64,000 nucleotides of DNA, taken from NCBI GenBank assembly GCA_965235115.1, contig OZ249436.1, positions 30,070,001-30,134,000 on the forward strand. The letters run 5' to 3'. The DNA is from Laetmonice hystrix. Taxonomy: Eukaryota. Made by a program: the position numbers and the translations under genes. Shown here piece by piece: positions 33,177-47,669 of this stretch (position 1 is its first letter; each line of letters begins with the position of its first letter). The notes under the pieces are model-generated. The model ran no database searches, was not told the DNA's origin, and saw only the letters and a program-made list of their open reading frames with translations.

Positions 33177-35931
33177 ACTTTTTTTGGCCAACATCTGTTG
33201 ATAAAAGTGAAGTCACTTTAAAGTTGGAAATAGTGAAATGCTAGCAGTGGTGCTATCTGAAATGGACCTGGTAATACACTGGTTCATCGTATTTTGTTGT
33301 GAGCCATTGCAATTTTCTAATTGCAGATATATTTTAGCTACCCAATTAGATCTTTACCGTGTCGATGAGATCTGTCACATAACTGATTGAGTATGTTGTT
33401 GCTCCTGCCAGTGAAAACTTTTTATTGTATTCTTCACTGCCAGAACACTGGGTTTATAAATGCTCATCTCTTTTGCGCAAGATGCAACATCTATCTAATG
33501 AATTCTGTGAGTTCAGAGAAAGCATTCTATGCAATTACAGTGTGCAAAACTCTTTTTCGCCTTAAATCCATACTTGTATGGTTGGACCTGTCTTTTTGCA
33601 GTAGGCCCCCTTTGCATCCTGATATTCTGACTGTGCCTTTCCTATTGATATTTTACTTATAGATTTCATTGTGTATTGTGTACGTCCATGGGCATAGGAA
33701 GCATGACAAATAGGGGGTCTGGTCACCCCCCCCCCTCCCTCTTCCCCCCCCCCCCCAAAAAAAAGAGTCGAATCTTCCGTGATCAAAGTCAACCTTCCAA
33801 GGAATAAGGTTAAACTGGTGAACACCTTATGGCTCGTATAATCCGTGATGTATAAGAAGAGTCAGTGTGTACATACGGACTTGTATGTATAATTATGTAC
33901 CGATATAACCACTGCTTTACATATAATATATGTATACTGCCTTAGAAAGATACAGCTTCGCTGCTAATAACCGTGATTGAAATAATGAAACCTATTTGAC
34001 AGCTAGAGTGTTCACTGCTGGGTGAACCCGGGTATTCTACGAGTACATTGTGATTACGACTGACCTTTTTAAGGGGAACGTTTCCCAGTTTGATAAAGGC
34101 CAGGTAACACTGCCTAAGGTGTTGTCAAGAATTGATTAATATTTTCTTTGATGATTTGTATTTTTTAGTGTTGACGACAAAGATAAGACTGTCTTGTGAC
34201 GATCATCTAAATTATATGCACCAGTTTCACTGCCGGGAGCAGTTAACACTTCTATTTTTAGAATCTAACGTTTTGGAGTAAATAATCATGTAGGCCTACG
34301 CCGTATGTATTTTTGTAGTAACAACAGCCTTTTGCTGTTGCAATGGAATGAGCCATCGTGTCATAAATCATGCTGTAACATCAGCAAGTTATACTGCCAG
34401 AAAAAAGTGTTTATGAATGTGAAGTAATTAGGCTCAGGTGTAGCGTGATTACAAGGACAAGCATACAGATGTTCCCAAATGAAATTGTTTATTGAGACTA
34501 ATGGATTTGTTTTAGAGTTTGTGGTTGTTATTGGGTCACACTGTAAATGACTGTTACAAATACAGTATGTATTCTATATTAGGGGTACTTTCTCAGTGAT
34601 GAAGCCCTGCTGTTTTGTGTTTCCCTCCTCCTTTGAGGTTAATGGGTATGCCTTAACGGTCAAAGTAGATATCGTAATTGCAGTAAGATGCATACTTGTC
34701 ATAATTTTTCTCATCATCTTGGTAGTTCGCAACTGCCAATTACTAGGTAATACGCCCTAAAAGAAGCAGGATTATTCGCGAATCAGTATTTTCAATTACA
34801 TTGTACAATGTATCGCCCAATGACAATTTTTCAATCCTGTTTCGCTATTCTCATTGTGAACATTTCTATTCTAGGTACTGTCTAAAAATTACAGCTCGTG
34901 CTTACACATTTTGCTTTTGACCTTTTCTACGAGAATTGGGACGTGAAATTATAGTGAAATGGTAGGTATATTGATTGAAAAAAAGGATGTGTATATATTA
35001 TTAAAACTTCTTGTTTTCGGAAAGAAATGGTATATAAAAACAATGGTTTATTTGTCAATGCCTGGGACTTTACCATATCCATCAATCGTGACTGACGAAT
35101 CTCACCTTCGAAAGGAGTAGGTCAACGTTTGATTTTATATCAGAAAAGAAAGAAAATGCGCACAAAAAAGGACACATTTTGCGCCAAAAAAAAAGAAAAT
35201 GAAAAGAAAAAAATCTTTATAGATAGTTGTATAATTATTCACGTGGAACTATTTGTAATTATCGTTTTATCTGGCTACTTATTTTGAGATTTCGGGAAAG
35301 GTCGACTCATGATAATTTTAACCCATGTCGACACCAGAGGGCAGTGTAATGCGACTGGTTACTATTAGTGGCGCCACTGCCGATTTGTTTCAAAATCTAT
35401 AAGAAGTGAAACTGCCATTCTCCAACAATAATTGGCTACCATGATGACCTAATTTATGATGTGTCACTTAGTATATTTTTATATGATATGAATAAATCAT
35501 CCTATAGATGCCGTTCAAGATGTCATTCTTGTTAAGTCATGCATGTCCAAGGCCTACCCCAACTGTAATTCTCCCACAGAGATAGATATCTAAATAACTA
35601 CACCTCTTATTGCTTGTCGCGTCAGTTGCAACTTTTATGTGGCTCTGTATCTAGGTTGTTTCTTTGTTCCTATATTGTATTTTATTTGATAATTAACGTA
35701 TAAATCCTTTCCAGGCCCATACCCGTGGTTGGGCTGTAGGCCTATTGGGGGGAAAATGGACTTGCCTGAAGGAGTAGGCCATTATACAAGATCTATAGGC
35801 CCTACATTTTGAGAAAATGTGGACCTTTACAAACATAGTGGACCTTGGAGCCAGGCATTTCATCTACGGAAGCTTTGCCCTTCACTGACTATGTAACAAT
35901 CCGGCCCACTATAGTCGTAGGGCTGCACAAC

Positions 35932-37064
35932 TGTTGCACCCTCAAATGTAAAAATTCCGCTAAATGTAAAAACGCTGTCATATGTAACAAATATTTACGA
36001 CAAATGTGAAAACGTCCGTCAAATGTGAACAAATCTACCGGATATGTAAAAACTACCTTCCGTCAAATGTAAAAATAATTTACGGTAAATGTGAAAAAAA
36101 TATTTTACTACATATGTGAAAAACTTTTACGACAAATGTAAAAAAGGACTTTTTACTTCGATTACCAAAGATCTATAGGTTATTACTTTATATACTCCCT
36201 CGATATATACAGTCGGCCCGGAAAATATGAATGGAAGCTGCATATTTCAGTCCCACAGAAATTTGAACTTCACCCACATCCAAATGTTAAAGTAAGGAAC
36301 TTAGTGGGAGGTTTGTGTTGCTGCAGTATATTATGGTATACAGTATAAATGAGACTGAAATGAAAACAAACTTTCTTTTATTTTTAACTTTCAATATAAT
36401 TTATATTTAAATACCAACAAATAATACATCAGTGCAAGTCTCGATAATGACTAAGAGTGTTAAAAGCAATTAGATAAGAAATTACCTTTGCAAGTGAACA
36501 CTTGCATTTTACAATAAAGATCAACTTATCTAACCTGAGGCCATTAGATCTAAGTTATATAAAAATGAATCATGAGCCTCGACACAATGATTAAGATACA
36601 GATATAAAACTTTTAGTCGAGCTTTCAAAGTTTCAGTCCCGCGGGCCTTTAGTCGAGCTTGAGTTACAAAAAATTGAATCGTGAGCTTCAATACAATGAT
36701 TAAGATACAAAATCTAAGCAAACACCTTCGAGAGGAATACTTTCAAAGTTTCAGTCCTGAGCCTTCAGTCCTGCTTCCTGCTTCCCGGCATGCAATAGTG
36801 CAAAACTAACCGATCACACTATCCGCCCCTGGAAGCAAAGTCTTAGGCAGAGAGTCGGATTTTCACATTTGACTTAAATGTTTTGCACATTATGTGGTAA
36901 AATATCTTTTTCACATTTAGCGTAATTTTTTTTTTATATTTGACGGAAGGTAGTTTTTAAATATGCTGTAGATTTTTTCACATTTGACGGACGTTTTCAC
37001 ATTTGTCGTAAATATTTGTTACATATGACGGCGTTGCGGAATTTTTACATTTGAGGGTTCAACA
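35932..37064. mobile_element. Foldback-type element with ~200-bp TIRs (TGT...ACA termini)
   Basis: TGTTGCACCCTCAAATGTAAAAATTCCGC vs GCGGAATTTTTACATTTGAGGGTTCAACA; TIRs built from AAATGT(G/A)AAA subrepeats. Confidence 0.8.
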
Positions 37065-37959
37065 CACGACCCGCCCCCTCCCCATACAATGCTGACTTGG
37101 CTCAACTAAGGTTTACTCATTAGGCCTGCAAAAGACTCATTTTGGAAACTTCCCCAGTAATAGCGTTACGTAACGCCACAGAAATTGACCCCCATAGCCC
37201 AACCCTTAGATCTAATGTTCCGTAACCTTTGTTTACTGCTGCACCCCTGAAGCGTTATGTAATTTTTAACGGCCCCCTGTTATTTCAGGTCCTTTACGGG
37301 GTCGAGTACGGGCATTGAAGCTCTCAGAACAAATCGATGTGTGATATACGAGCACGACGAACGTGGTGGCCGTAGGTTTGTTATATGTAATAAAACCCAT
37401 TCTTAGATTCATTAATTACCGGTAAATAATCTTTAATGGATAAACTAGGGCTATTTATGCATTTGTATCAATCTGCCATGATGCAGAGGAGTTGCTCCGC
37501 GATAACGGAGGGATGTTCGGAACGTGCATTTGTATACATGTGTATTTATTTGTGGTCCTATAGGGAAAACAGTATGTAATTTAAACATAAACCATATATT
37601 GAAAGTTTAATTCAAAGAAAAATCATCTGTCCCGATACCATTAGATATGTTACATAGGCCTTTACTATAAGTATATAGTATTAGGAATTCTATCTAATTT
37701 AGGGCCTATATCATTCTTCAAATTATCAACAACAGTTAGCACATGAACGTCTCTTTTCTAATTACTCCATACGAATAATAATTCTTGATGGCTCACTTTC
37801 ATTCAAGCTGTTACTACATACATAGGCCTACTAACAAGATAACTAGTGAAAGAATAGGCCTACCTAACGGATGTTTTTTTAAATAAAGTATCTTGACGTT
37901 CAAATAGGCCTACGTTTTGCGAACAGAGCTCACGGTCTCATTTCAAGTGGAACGGTATC

Positions 37960-38549
37960 AGAATGTCTTCAGCGTTCGGCAGTGGTCAACCTCCACTCCC
38001 TGCTCGCCTAATTTGGACTCGCCCAAGTGACGTCAGCTTGATGCCTGTAGCTCACCGGCCTGGGCTGACGTTATACTGCATGTACATGGACGGGACAGTA
38101 GGACTGTGCACGACGATTTTAGGGGAAATACCGTCACACGGATTGCTTTCTCACTGGTAGGTGGCTGTGCCTTTGGTGTATTATGTCTGTTTTCAGTATG
38201 CAATGGCCTAAATTGCTGCATTGACTCTATGTTGATATCCACGAGACACTAGAACTAAAAGGATCCGGAGTGTGGTACATATTGGCCGGGCAAACCAAAG
38301 GAGAAACTGGCTGTGTATACATACTTGGCCCTACACCCGGCTGGCGCCGTAGTGTGGCGCGGTTCAGGCCCGCTGATTTCGTATGGGTAGAGATATATAT
38401 GCTCACACAGGGGGTCAGCGTGGACATAGACGGGCATCTGCTGTCGCAAACTGTTGTTAGGCTGTCTTTGAATACAGCACTTCTGACACACTTAGTGAGT
38501 GAAAAGTGTCGAAGTTCCCAACAGGTTAGCATCGATTCCTTCTCAGCGG
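37960..38549 (+). promoter_or_regulatory. CpG-rich promoter/first exon of an unidentified third gene
   Basis: CRE TGACGTCA 38028-38035, CpG-rich, donor GCGG|GTAAGC at 38550; no recognisable protein product. Confidence 0.4.
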
Positions 38550-41500
38550 GTAAGCGTAACGATTCGGTGCGTTCGTTGACACTGTTGACAAGGTGGCAGG
38601 GTGCACAGCCACCCCAAACTGACACCGTCGCGGGTTCACGAGTTTCACGTGCATTTGAGGTAGACCAAACGTGAGCAGGAGCGTGTACATATTATATGTT
38701 TGTCCACAACTCGCTGACACGGATTCAGCCAAAAGTTCAAATGAATGACAAGTCAATCGCATATGATATGTAGCCCTAGGCCTATATATGGTAGATCAAG
38801 AAATGGTGAAACTTGCGTTTTGTTAAAATGCGGCTGGATTTAGAGTAGGCCCTACTGTAATACTGGTCTATATATAGCAGACATATCACTATATGTGACA
38901 GGCCTACTTTCAGTAGATTATGTAGATGCAGACAGCTCTTATTATTAGTTTTATGTAGGCGTCCTAACATACTAGATAAAGAGTGAAGAACACTAGATAA
39001 TACTGCATCAATTCTAGTACAATGTACTTACTGTGGCCTATATAGACCCTAACATTGTCTAGTGCATGTCACATGATATTCTTGGTTTAAGTTATATGTT
39101 TCTGTCTAAAATATGTGAATCTTCATTATTAGTGGTTGATCTATGTCTTCTGGTCTTAATGAGCATAGTGGGAGGACAGTGATACATTATGAAAGGTATT
39201 TCCAGTCATTAATATAGGAATTTTGTAAAGAATAATTACTTTCTGTGGCTATATATCATATCATGTACATGTTTGTATCCGGTCCCCTCAACCAGACAAG
39301 ACCCAGTAATTAAGGAAAATCTGAAGGATTTCAAGGGTAGGTTAAATGTATGCAGATTAAAAATCTTTGTTTGACCTCAGCAGGCCCCTTCTGTTATAAA
39401 CATATAAGCTCAGTATTGTTGCTAAATTTTACAGTGAATGCCTCTTTAATTACTGTCGACTGTATTATACTTGTTTTATAATATACTAGTAGTGAAAATG
39501 TAGAAACTTGTTAAAATACATGTAGTTTGATCGTATCTGCATGCAAATACTCTAGATGCTAACTTGGTACATACTGCAGGGAGACTTCTGCTGTTGAAAA
39601 CCAGTACTTAACCATGAATTGAATAAAGTCACAGATGACCTGCCCATGCTTATTTATGCAAATAATGGGCAGGTGCATCGAATTGCTTCCACAGATATCA
39701 TGGCCAAGGCGTTTTGAATAGTTGTTGGCACATCACCGTTCACGCATCACCAAACTGGTTTCATCAGAGCATATAGTAATACTTCTTCTAATTCTGTTCA
39801 GTTTTCTGATACAATGAGTCTTCATTTGTACAGAAAAAAAAATATAAAAAAACAAACAAAGAACTTAGAATGTTTATCGTGTATGTGGTCAAGGACTTTA
39901 CTGATATGCCCGCTCTTTGTTAATATGATGCATTGTATTGAAGTAAACCTTCAGCACACTTAGAATGTAATTTTAGACTTTCAGTATTTCAACAGTATAA
40001 TTGCCGTCAAGGATAAATGCTATACATGTACTTGTAATCAAGTAGCAGTGGTCACAGAATAATTATCTTGATTTTTTTCAGTCTGAACTGAGGGCCTTGA
40101 TTATTTATTATCAAGGAAGATTGCGTAACCATTCTTGTCTGACAACTTAGAAGCATGTCGGGGCCACCATTCAGTAGTTGACCAGCCACCTGCTGGTTGT
40201 CACACATCACTAACGCTCAGCTCGTTGGTCTGACCTCCTTCAGCTCTGGTCTTCTTGTGTGTGCAAGCAGGAAATCACCTGTCTTTAAATGGTGTTTAGA
40301 TGTATTCAAGTCATGCAACATCCATAAATCCACCAGAGTGCCGAGATCGGGGCTGGACTTCGTTCCTAACTACAGAATGGTTTCACAATTTATTTCCATA
40401 AATTTTACTGTCAGAATTAATTCGAAATGTGGATCTGTAAACCTTTTAAAGAGATATTTATATATAGACATCATGGTGAATAGTTATGGTAGGTGGTTGG
40501 TTTGACTGAACCCGAAGTGTATAGACTACACGGTATACTGTGGTGACCTTTCAGACTGTGCGTGCAGCCGAGTTGTTATGATCTAAAGTTCAGTGTTTAT
40601 TGATGAATAATACCACTTTGGTCTCTGTGAAAGGCCACTTAGAGGGATTATAATGTCAAATTTGATCTAGGCTACAGGGGTCAGACTGCGTTTTGTATAT
40701 CATGAGACAATATCTCATATTGAAGAGAGTACCTCAAAGATTACAATAAACAGATATTACTGTATTTCTGTTGAGAATAAGATTTTATGGTGTTTGTGCC
40801 CAGTGTATCAATACAGAATACAGAATCGCCTCTGAAATACAAGTGTATGTCCCCTAATTACCTGTTTGGATTGCCATGAGGCACTTACCTGTTGTCATTA
40901 TATGGCAACATATATAGTGAATGGTGATGCATAACAGCTTAGAAATGGAGACCACCCATGGGAGATCGAATGTCGTGATATGGCGGCCCAACCAGATCCA
41001 TGAGACCAAATCCCAGATTTGTCACTATAGCACTCTTGCAACCACTAAAATAAGTTTGGATTGGTGTGAAAATGTTGTGTGTGACTGCCTGACTGGTAAG
41101 GTTTCTAAATGAAAGTCATGCAGTGCAGATGTGCAAACCATATCTGTTTGGCGATCTGTGAAGCTTAGAAGCTTCTTATGGCCCTTCAAAGGGGAGGACT
41201 AAATCTGTGAGCAAAGAGAACTTCTGGACATGTGAGTTTGGATGATGTCCAAGTGATAAGTTTTTATTATAATTTTTCAGAGGGAATTATTGATGCTTTC
41301 CATGTTGTTGTAATTCAGCGTTATAGTCTACCACCAAAATTATGGATATTACAACTGAGGGTCGATACTTAGCCTTTCAAGAAAAAAAAGATTCATTGCA
41401 CAAGTCAATCAACCTAGTGTTTTTAGGCAAGGTCGTTTCATGGATTTGAATTCCAATGTCTCACGTTATTTGGTTGAAAATCATAATACGGTAATAATGA

Positions 41501-43017
41501 AGAAGATTCAGTAGTTTGGCAGCCCTATCTTTACCCTCTGTAGTACTGCAACATGTGACGTTGTAGATGAGTTCCCAGAGGGGGTTGAATGCTTGATAAT
41601 TTGACAGTAGATTTTGGAAAGTGAAGATTATGTTGTTTGTGCTATCTGTCATCTATTGACATAACATGATCGTCTGCCCAACACTGGCACTGATAAGCAG
41701 ACTGCTAGAGGTAGTCATGATGCCGATATTTATGTTTTATTTGGCTCCACAGTCAAAACATCAACGAAGCAGTGATATGTTATGAAATAATTGGTCCTGA
41801 TACGAACAAATTTTTATATTTTTATTTTTATACTATGAAATAAGCGTATAAATTATTTTGATGATTTCAGAATTGAGAGCAAGGAGATGTTTTGGGGGTG
41901 AAGTAACGGGGTATGGACTTAGAAAATAAAGCTGAGTGTAATTGTCAGTGCAGAATCCTTATCACAAGATCAGTGTATTTATGCTGCCATTTTTTCTGGT
42001 TTTTTTCTGGCAAAGCGACCACAACTTTGTACTCAGAACGTAAATGTTTGTCCTAGTTCAGTCTTTCTGGAGCAGTAATCGTATTATATCATGATTGATG
42101 TCAGCAGAGATAATTGTATATGCCAGTAAGTAGGTCTGCGTGCGAGTCACACTTAAGGATTCTGTCAGTGGACATGGGGATTCAGAATTCCTGATATTTA
42201 TGGCTTGTCATACATACTGAATTTAATTATTGGTTTTGCCTGGGTTAACAGGATTTTCTGGAAAACGTAAATCATAAATGTTCACATTATCTTCTAAGAA
42301 AAGGGAAAATGTTTGGTAAGTACATGTATCTCTCGTTGGACTTGAGTATGGAGTGCACTGCATATATATTGGAAATCAAAACACATGTTTCTTGTATATC
42401 TTTTAGCCATTTTACTTCATATGCTGTTGTGTGATGCATTCTGATGAGGGGAATAGCTGACAAAAAGCCAGAGTGAGGCGCCGTGGAAGGCGATCCATTA
42501 TGTAGATGGGGTTACATTTATAGCGCACGGTGACGGGCTGATCTCAACGGTCGTCATAGATAGGGCTGGAAGTCAGGAAGGCATTTTAAAACACATCTGT
42601 AAAATTTGAGGGGCTTTAAGGTAATCGGCCCATCGGCACGACTATCATGGAGTTTGAAGAAGAATTTAACGTGGTATACTTGATATTTTTATAATCTTTT
42701 TATTCTATGCGCCATGACTTGCACCTCTGAAAGTGAAACGAACTCTGTCTTATGGGGTTAGGAGCCTCGTGCATAAGTACTGATCTAGACTTACGATGAG
42801 AGCATTGCTGTTTAGCTTTAGGTCTGCCTACGGTTCACACGGTGTGAGGACAGTGCTCGAATGATGGCAGGGAGTCCAAATGATGCCCGGGTCTGTCTGA
42901 GACCCGTTCTGTCAGTCCCTTAGTGGGCTGGGGTCAGTTTGGAGAGTGGCAGGGTCATCAAGTGTGGACCTCAAGGTGACAAGTGACAGGGTGCACTCAA
43001 TGGCAGGGTCACCCAGC

Positions 43018-43051
43018 TATATATAAGTCACTGCTGAGGATGCGTCAGATT
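43018..43051 (+). promoter_or_regulatory. TATA box plus Inr-like element (candidate internal promoter)
   Basis: TATATATAAG at 43018 and TCAGATT with A at 43047 (~29 nt spacing). Confidence 0.3.
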
Positions 43052-46000
43052 TCAAATTGGTTCCCAGCATATCACATTTGTTTTCACAATCAAACAGCTT
43101 AGAGTAGGACGGAACGGCTTTTGACACATTAGCTCTTCAAGTCATCAATGCTAATGTCTGGTTTATTGCAAGTCGCCGATTCTAAAGATGTTCGAGAATT
43201 AAATTTAATCAGGGTTGTGTTTGTCATCGGTGTTAATTAGAAGGTGGTGTTCAGGATGACACTCAGTGCTGAGTACATGTACTCATTTATGCCTGAGCGA
43301 GGCGAAACCCTCAGATGGGTTAGCCACCCCATAGCTACTTGCCCTGGCTGCCCTTCAAGTATCAGATACCCTCGTTACAAAGCCTGAATCCCACCATCAA
43401 TAGAGCTGCTATACCTTTAATTAACATTAACACTGGACAAACACCCTATGTAGAGAATGAAACGAACCACAATGCAGTATACATTTTGTATTCATGCCTT
43501 GAAAGGTTACCAGAAGGGTAATTAGAGTAACAAGACATTATTTTCTCATCAACGGAAGTCTGAGGATATAATAGTTGGCGTGAACCCGACTACAGGCAGT
43601 GAGATTTCACCGACGGTAAGGAGGGAGCAGCAGACAGAGGGAAAGATGCTGACTCGGCGGGTTATCTATCCTGGAGAAACAGGAAGCACCTCAAGTCAAC
43701 TACCGGCAGCTCCTTACAAGATGATCCCTGGATGGAGGAGGCCTTTCATGAAAAGAAATCGGTTTCTGTGCACATAGAGGCCTTCTTCGTTTTTTCCCTC
43801 CCACAATGTTTCATTGTAATTTTAAAGTAACTATAGCCAGCGAAGTGTTTATTTTGTGTTTTCTCTTGCAATTGAATGTGCAGATAAAAACTAAATTGGG
43901 TAAAAGCAGAACTTTGTCATTGGCGGAAATTTAAGGCCCCCCCAACATGACCTGATAAAACGTGTAGAATACGCGTTAGCGTTTATTGTCAGTTCTCAAT
44001 GAATTATTTTCTTTAGGAAAGAGACAAGGGGTAATTCACTTTTATTTATTTCGATACAACACAAGGCTCATAAACAAGGTTGATCAAAACTCCATGTAGT
44101 GCAATTCGCTTCAGGTAAAATCATTTTGGCCACTGGGTTGGCAGTTTGTAAAACTGTTTTATTATACAACCGCGAATTCTTGGAAGCACTCGAGCTCTTA
44201 TCAGTTAATGGCTGTTAGTGTGCCATGTTACGGTGTAGTTTACGAATGTTTGCTGTGCTGCTCTGGTTCAGGTGTGTAGTTGTTAAACTCGGCGTACCGT
44301 GTGCACGTAAACCTTCACACCTAATGAAACGTACCGTAATCCTACCCGTTCGACCGAGCCAGGCTATGGAAGCCTGCTGGTCGCCATCCATTGCCCTCCA
44401 CCCTGGCCCCCATTACTTTCAATGGGGTCTAGCCACTCATGCAAAGTCTCTATTTAGTCTGTGATCATTCACCCAGGGGGAATGAAATGAGAGTTGAGTT
44501 TCCATGTGTGGGGAAATGCCTTTGTGTGATTCAACGGATGTTTATTGTTGAAGATCAGCGTGTTGCTAAATATTAAAGCTGGATTTACATCCAGGAATGA
44601 GAGGTTTCTATTTTGGAGGACAAAATAAAAGCTGGTGTTGACTGTTGAACTGCTTCAGACTTTTCAGGAAACTCAAGTTGCACAGTGCCCTCTGACTGGA
44701 ACTTGGAGTCGTATACATAGGAAAGTGTTGAGTATGCCAGGTCAGTGGCAGGATTAGGCAATCCGAAGTATTCGAGTACCATTGATCCCATGTGATAATG
44801 TGAGGACGACGTTGTTAACAATTCATAGCTATTTTTAGTTAGATTTATTAATATAACATTCAAATCCATAGTTTGAGAGTAAATGCCTCTGAAATAACCC
44901 AGCCGATTTTTCTCACTGCAGTAGAGCGCCTGTGGCATTGCTCCATGCTTGGGGTTTATAGAAGTGGATTAGACCAAAGACCAGTGCCCTATGATAAAAT
45001 GCTCGACTCCAGGCGACGAGAAATGTGTTATTGGATCTGTGATTACCAGGGCATAGAGATCTTCCGGCAAGTGGTCCTTAAATATTTGGCAGCCAATGAT
45101 TTACTACGTGGTCAGGACAGAGAGCGCTAACCCATAAACTGGTAAAACCCTTGCCATACGTGCTGTCCACCAGCGCCTTGCCCGAGACGTGCAAACACTT
45201 TCTGCTCACTGCCGACCAGGAAGTATGGGGTCTGATATTGAACCTCTGTCACATTCGTATGCATGAAAAATCACCATGCCTTATCAGAGGATATTAACAG
45301 GAGAAACATGCAATTTTCTCTGCGTCTACTCGGGTCACAGTCTGTGTGGGTGGGTGGGTGGGGGTGGGGGGTGGGGCGGTATAGCCCCTGATTGTGCTCC
45401 GTATGTACTGTAAAAGTTGGTCGACACAGGATTCTGAGGGCGTGGTCAACCTCATAGAAAAGACGAATTGCGAGCAGTATGACACGGCAAAGGGTCTATC
45501 AAATCAGTCCACTGTATTGAAGCCCGAAACGTGACGGCACATGTTGTCAAACTTTATAGCAACTCTTTAACATATAGTATCGAGGAGATTTCTGTAGCAA
45601 GGTTGGAAACATGGGTGGCGAGATGGAAACATCCGTTATCTATACAGTCTACTGGTTATTGGCATTCACAAGTACCAGTATCTCCACGTTTCCTCGTATT
45701 CTAACATTTTAACCTATGGATCTGCGGGTTGTTGAAGCAGAAAAAAAAGACACGGGACCTGATGGACAACGTTCAGTGTGCCGTCTCACGAGGTGTGATT
45801 TATTTTGAGTTATTTCCACCTCATCATTGATTACAAAATGATTGAGTCGCTCTCCTTTCTCACGACAAACACTTGAGTTTTTTCCCCAACGTGAAATAAG
45901 GCTGTTGCCGCGCGATCCTTGGTTCGAGCTGTAGGTGATGTATGGAGGAAGCTGATGGATGGTACCAGTGGTGCTGGAGGTTAAGCACGAATCCTGCACT

Positions 46001-47644
46001 TCGCAGGGAATCGCTGCTATTTTACTTCTAAAGGCTCTCCGCCTTTGAAAGTCGCATCTATTTGTCCACGGTATCCCATCTGAGAGAAAAAAAACGTTAC
46101 GAATTGTTGCTGGGGTGGATATTGCCTGGCGTGGCATAAAGAAGCTGTATGAAGTACTCTGATGGGTTGTTTTTAAAAAACGACAGAATAGAGACTGAAG
46201 TGATCGCTTTCTTCTCGCTTTAGAACTGATGCCTTTGAATCAGTCGTGTATAGGAAGGCCTGTTGTAGCCTTCTCCTAGATGGTAGTGACTGTGTCTATC
46301 AGTATTCTGTCTGCAGGGGAAACTAGAGAATAAAGTTCGCCAGTACCCTTGTGAATACCAATGCTCCACCTCCAAAATGTTGGGTCGTTTCAGTTGCAGC
46401 CTTTCTGTCCGAGATCTGGAAAATTGCAGTTTAGCCGGAGTGATTACTCAATTCATACATGGATTTAGGGCTGGGAATTTCCCATCACGTTAATCGGATT
46501 TAATGGTAGAAAAGAAACCCTTTTATTAATGAGGTGCAGCTATAGGTCATGATCCATAATTATTTACTTTAGGTGTAAATGACTGGTTTTCAGGGCTCGA
46601 TTTGTCAAAAAAGAGGTTCTTGCGTAAGCTTAAGATTAAGATTTTAAGATTAACGCTCCTGATTGGCTCGTGTAAGCAGACCAGCCAATCAGGAACTGTA
46701 AGCTTAAGCAATAACCTGGCTTATGGAACCAGATAGTGACTCCAGAACGGAGGGAATTCCGAGTATAACCGTGGGGATGCGGAAATAAACGCCAACCCCG
46801 GAGGTAAAAACGTCAATAAGGTGAAGTAGGCCCCGATTACATGCGAACCTTAGATCCAGTGCGTGGTACGACATTTAAGATGTTCTGAGGCTGTGATCAG
46901 TTTCATGTGTACAGTTCGTGTACAGAGACATGGTATGTGGCAAGGACTATACTTACGTTGGTAGCGTGGCAGTAAGACTTTCTTGTGTAACATTGTACAT
47001 GCCGAATAATTTTATTTTAGTGCATTACCTTTAGCATTTCTTTTTTTTTTGGGGGGGGGGGGGGGTTATTCTGTTTGAGTGGTTGGTTATGCATTGAATG
47101 CCTTTAGAATGTGGCTGAGTGCAACGGTCAAATTACTGCGGTAAACGCAGGTTCCAGCAGGTATTAATTATTATGATTAATTAAGTGATCATTGTGATTA
47201 GATCCTGTAATGAAATGTAGGAACGAAAGCTTTCAGCATCCCTATGTTGAGCTCTGTATTAACTTCAACCATGGAGTGGATTATTTTTTATGCTTCCAAA
47301 CCAGAGAGGTATAGAGATTCATGATGAGTAGAATCTTCAACATCTACTCCCATGATTTGTGTTGTGTGTGTGTGTGTGTGCTTCAGCAGCATTAGTATCA
47401 TCAGCAGGCAGCTATTCAGGCTAGACGGACGGCCTGGTGTAAGGCCGGTAGTGCCTGCCTGCCTGTCTGCCCGCCAACCGGGGCCGTTTCTTAGCGCTGG
47501 CTCACAGAGGTTCTGTTCAATATGAGGAGATTCATGTCATCTCACACAGTTCTATCTCATGGTAGAAACGTTACGTTTTATGGTAGTATTTGTTGTAATA
47601 TCTTAGACGTATTCGGTTACCAATAGCGGTTACCAAGAAGAATC

Positions 47645-47669
47645 TTAGTTTTCTCTGTCGTAGGTAAGA
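47645..47669 (+). other. Candidate recursive splice site (polyY-TAG|GTAAGA)
   Basis: tcttagttttctctgtcgtag|gtaaga. Confidence 0.5.

Noticed and set aside
38270-38674. 134-aa ORF
   Set aside because: Starts at GTG, runs through splice donors and has no recognisable motif; treated as probable UTR/first exon
44585-46137. 117-aa and 142-aa minus-strand ORFs
   Set aside because: No motifs or consistent splice chain; likely chance ORFs in intronic DNA
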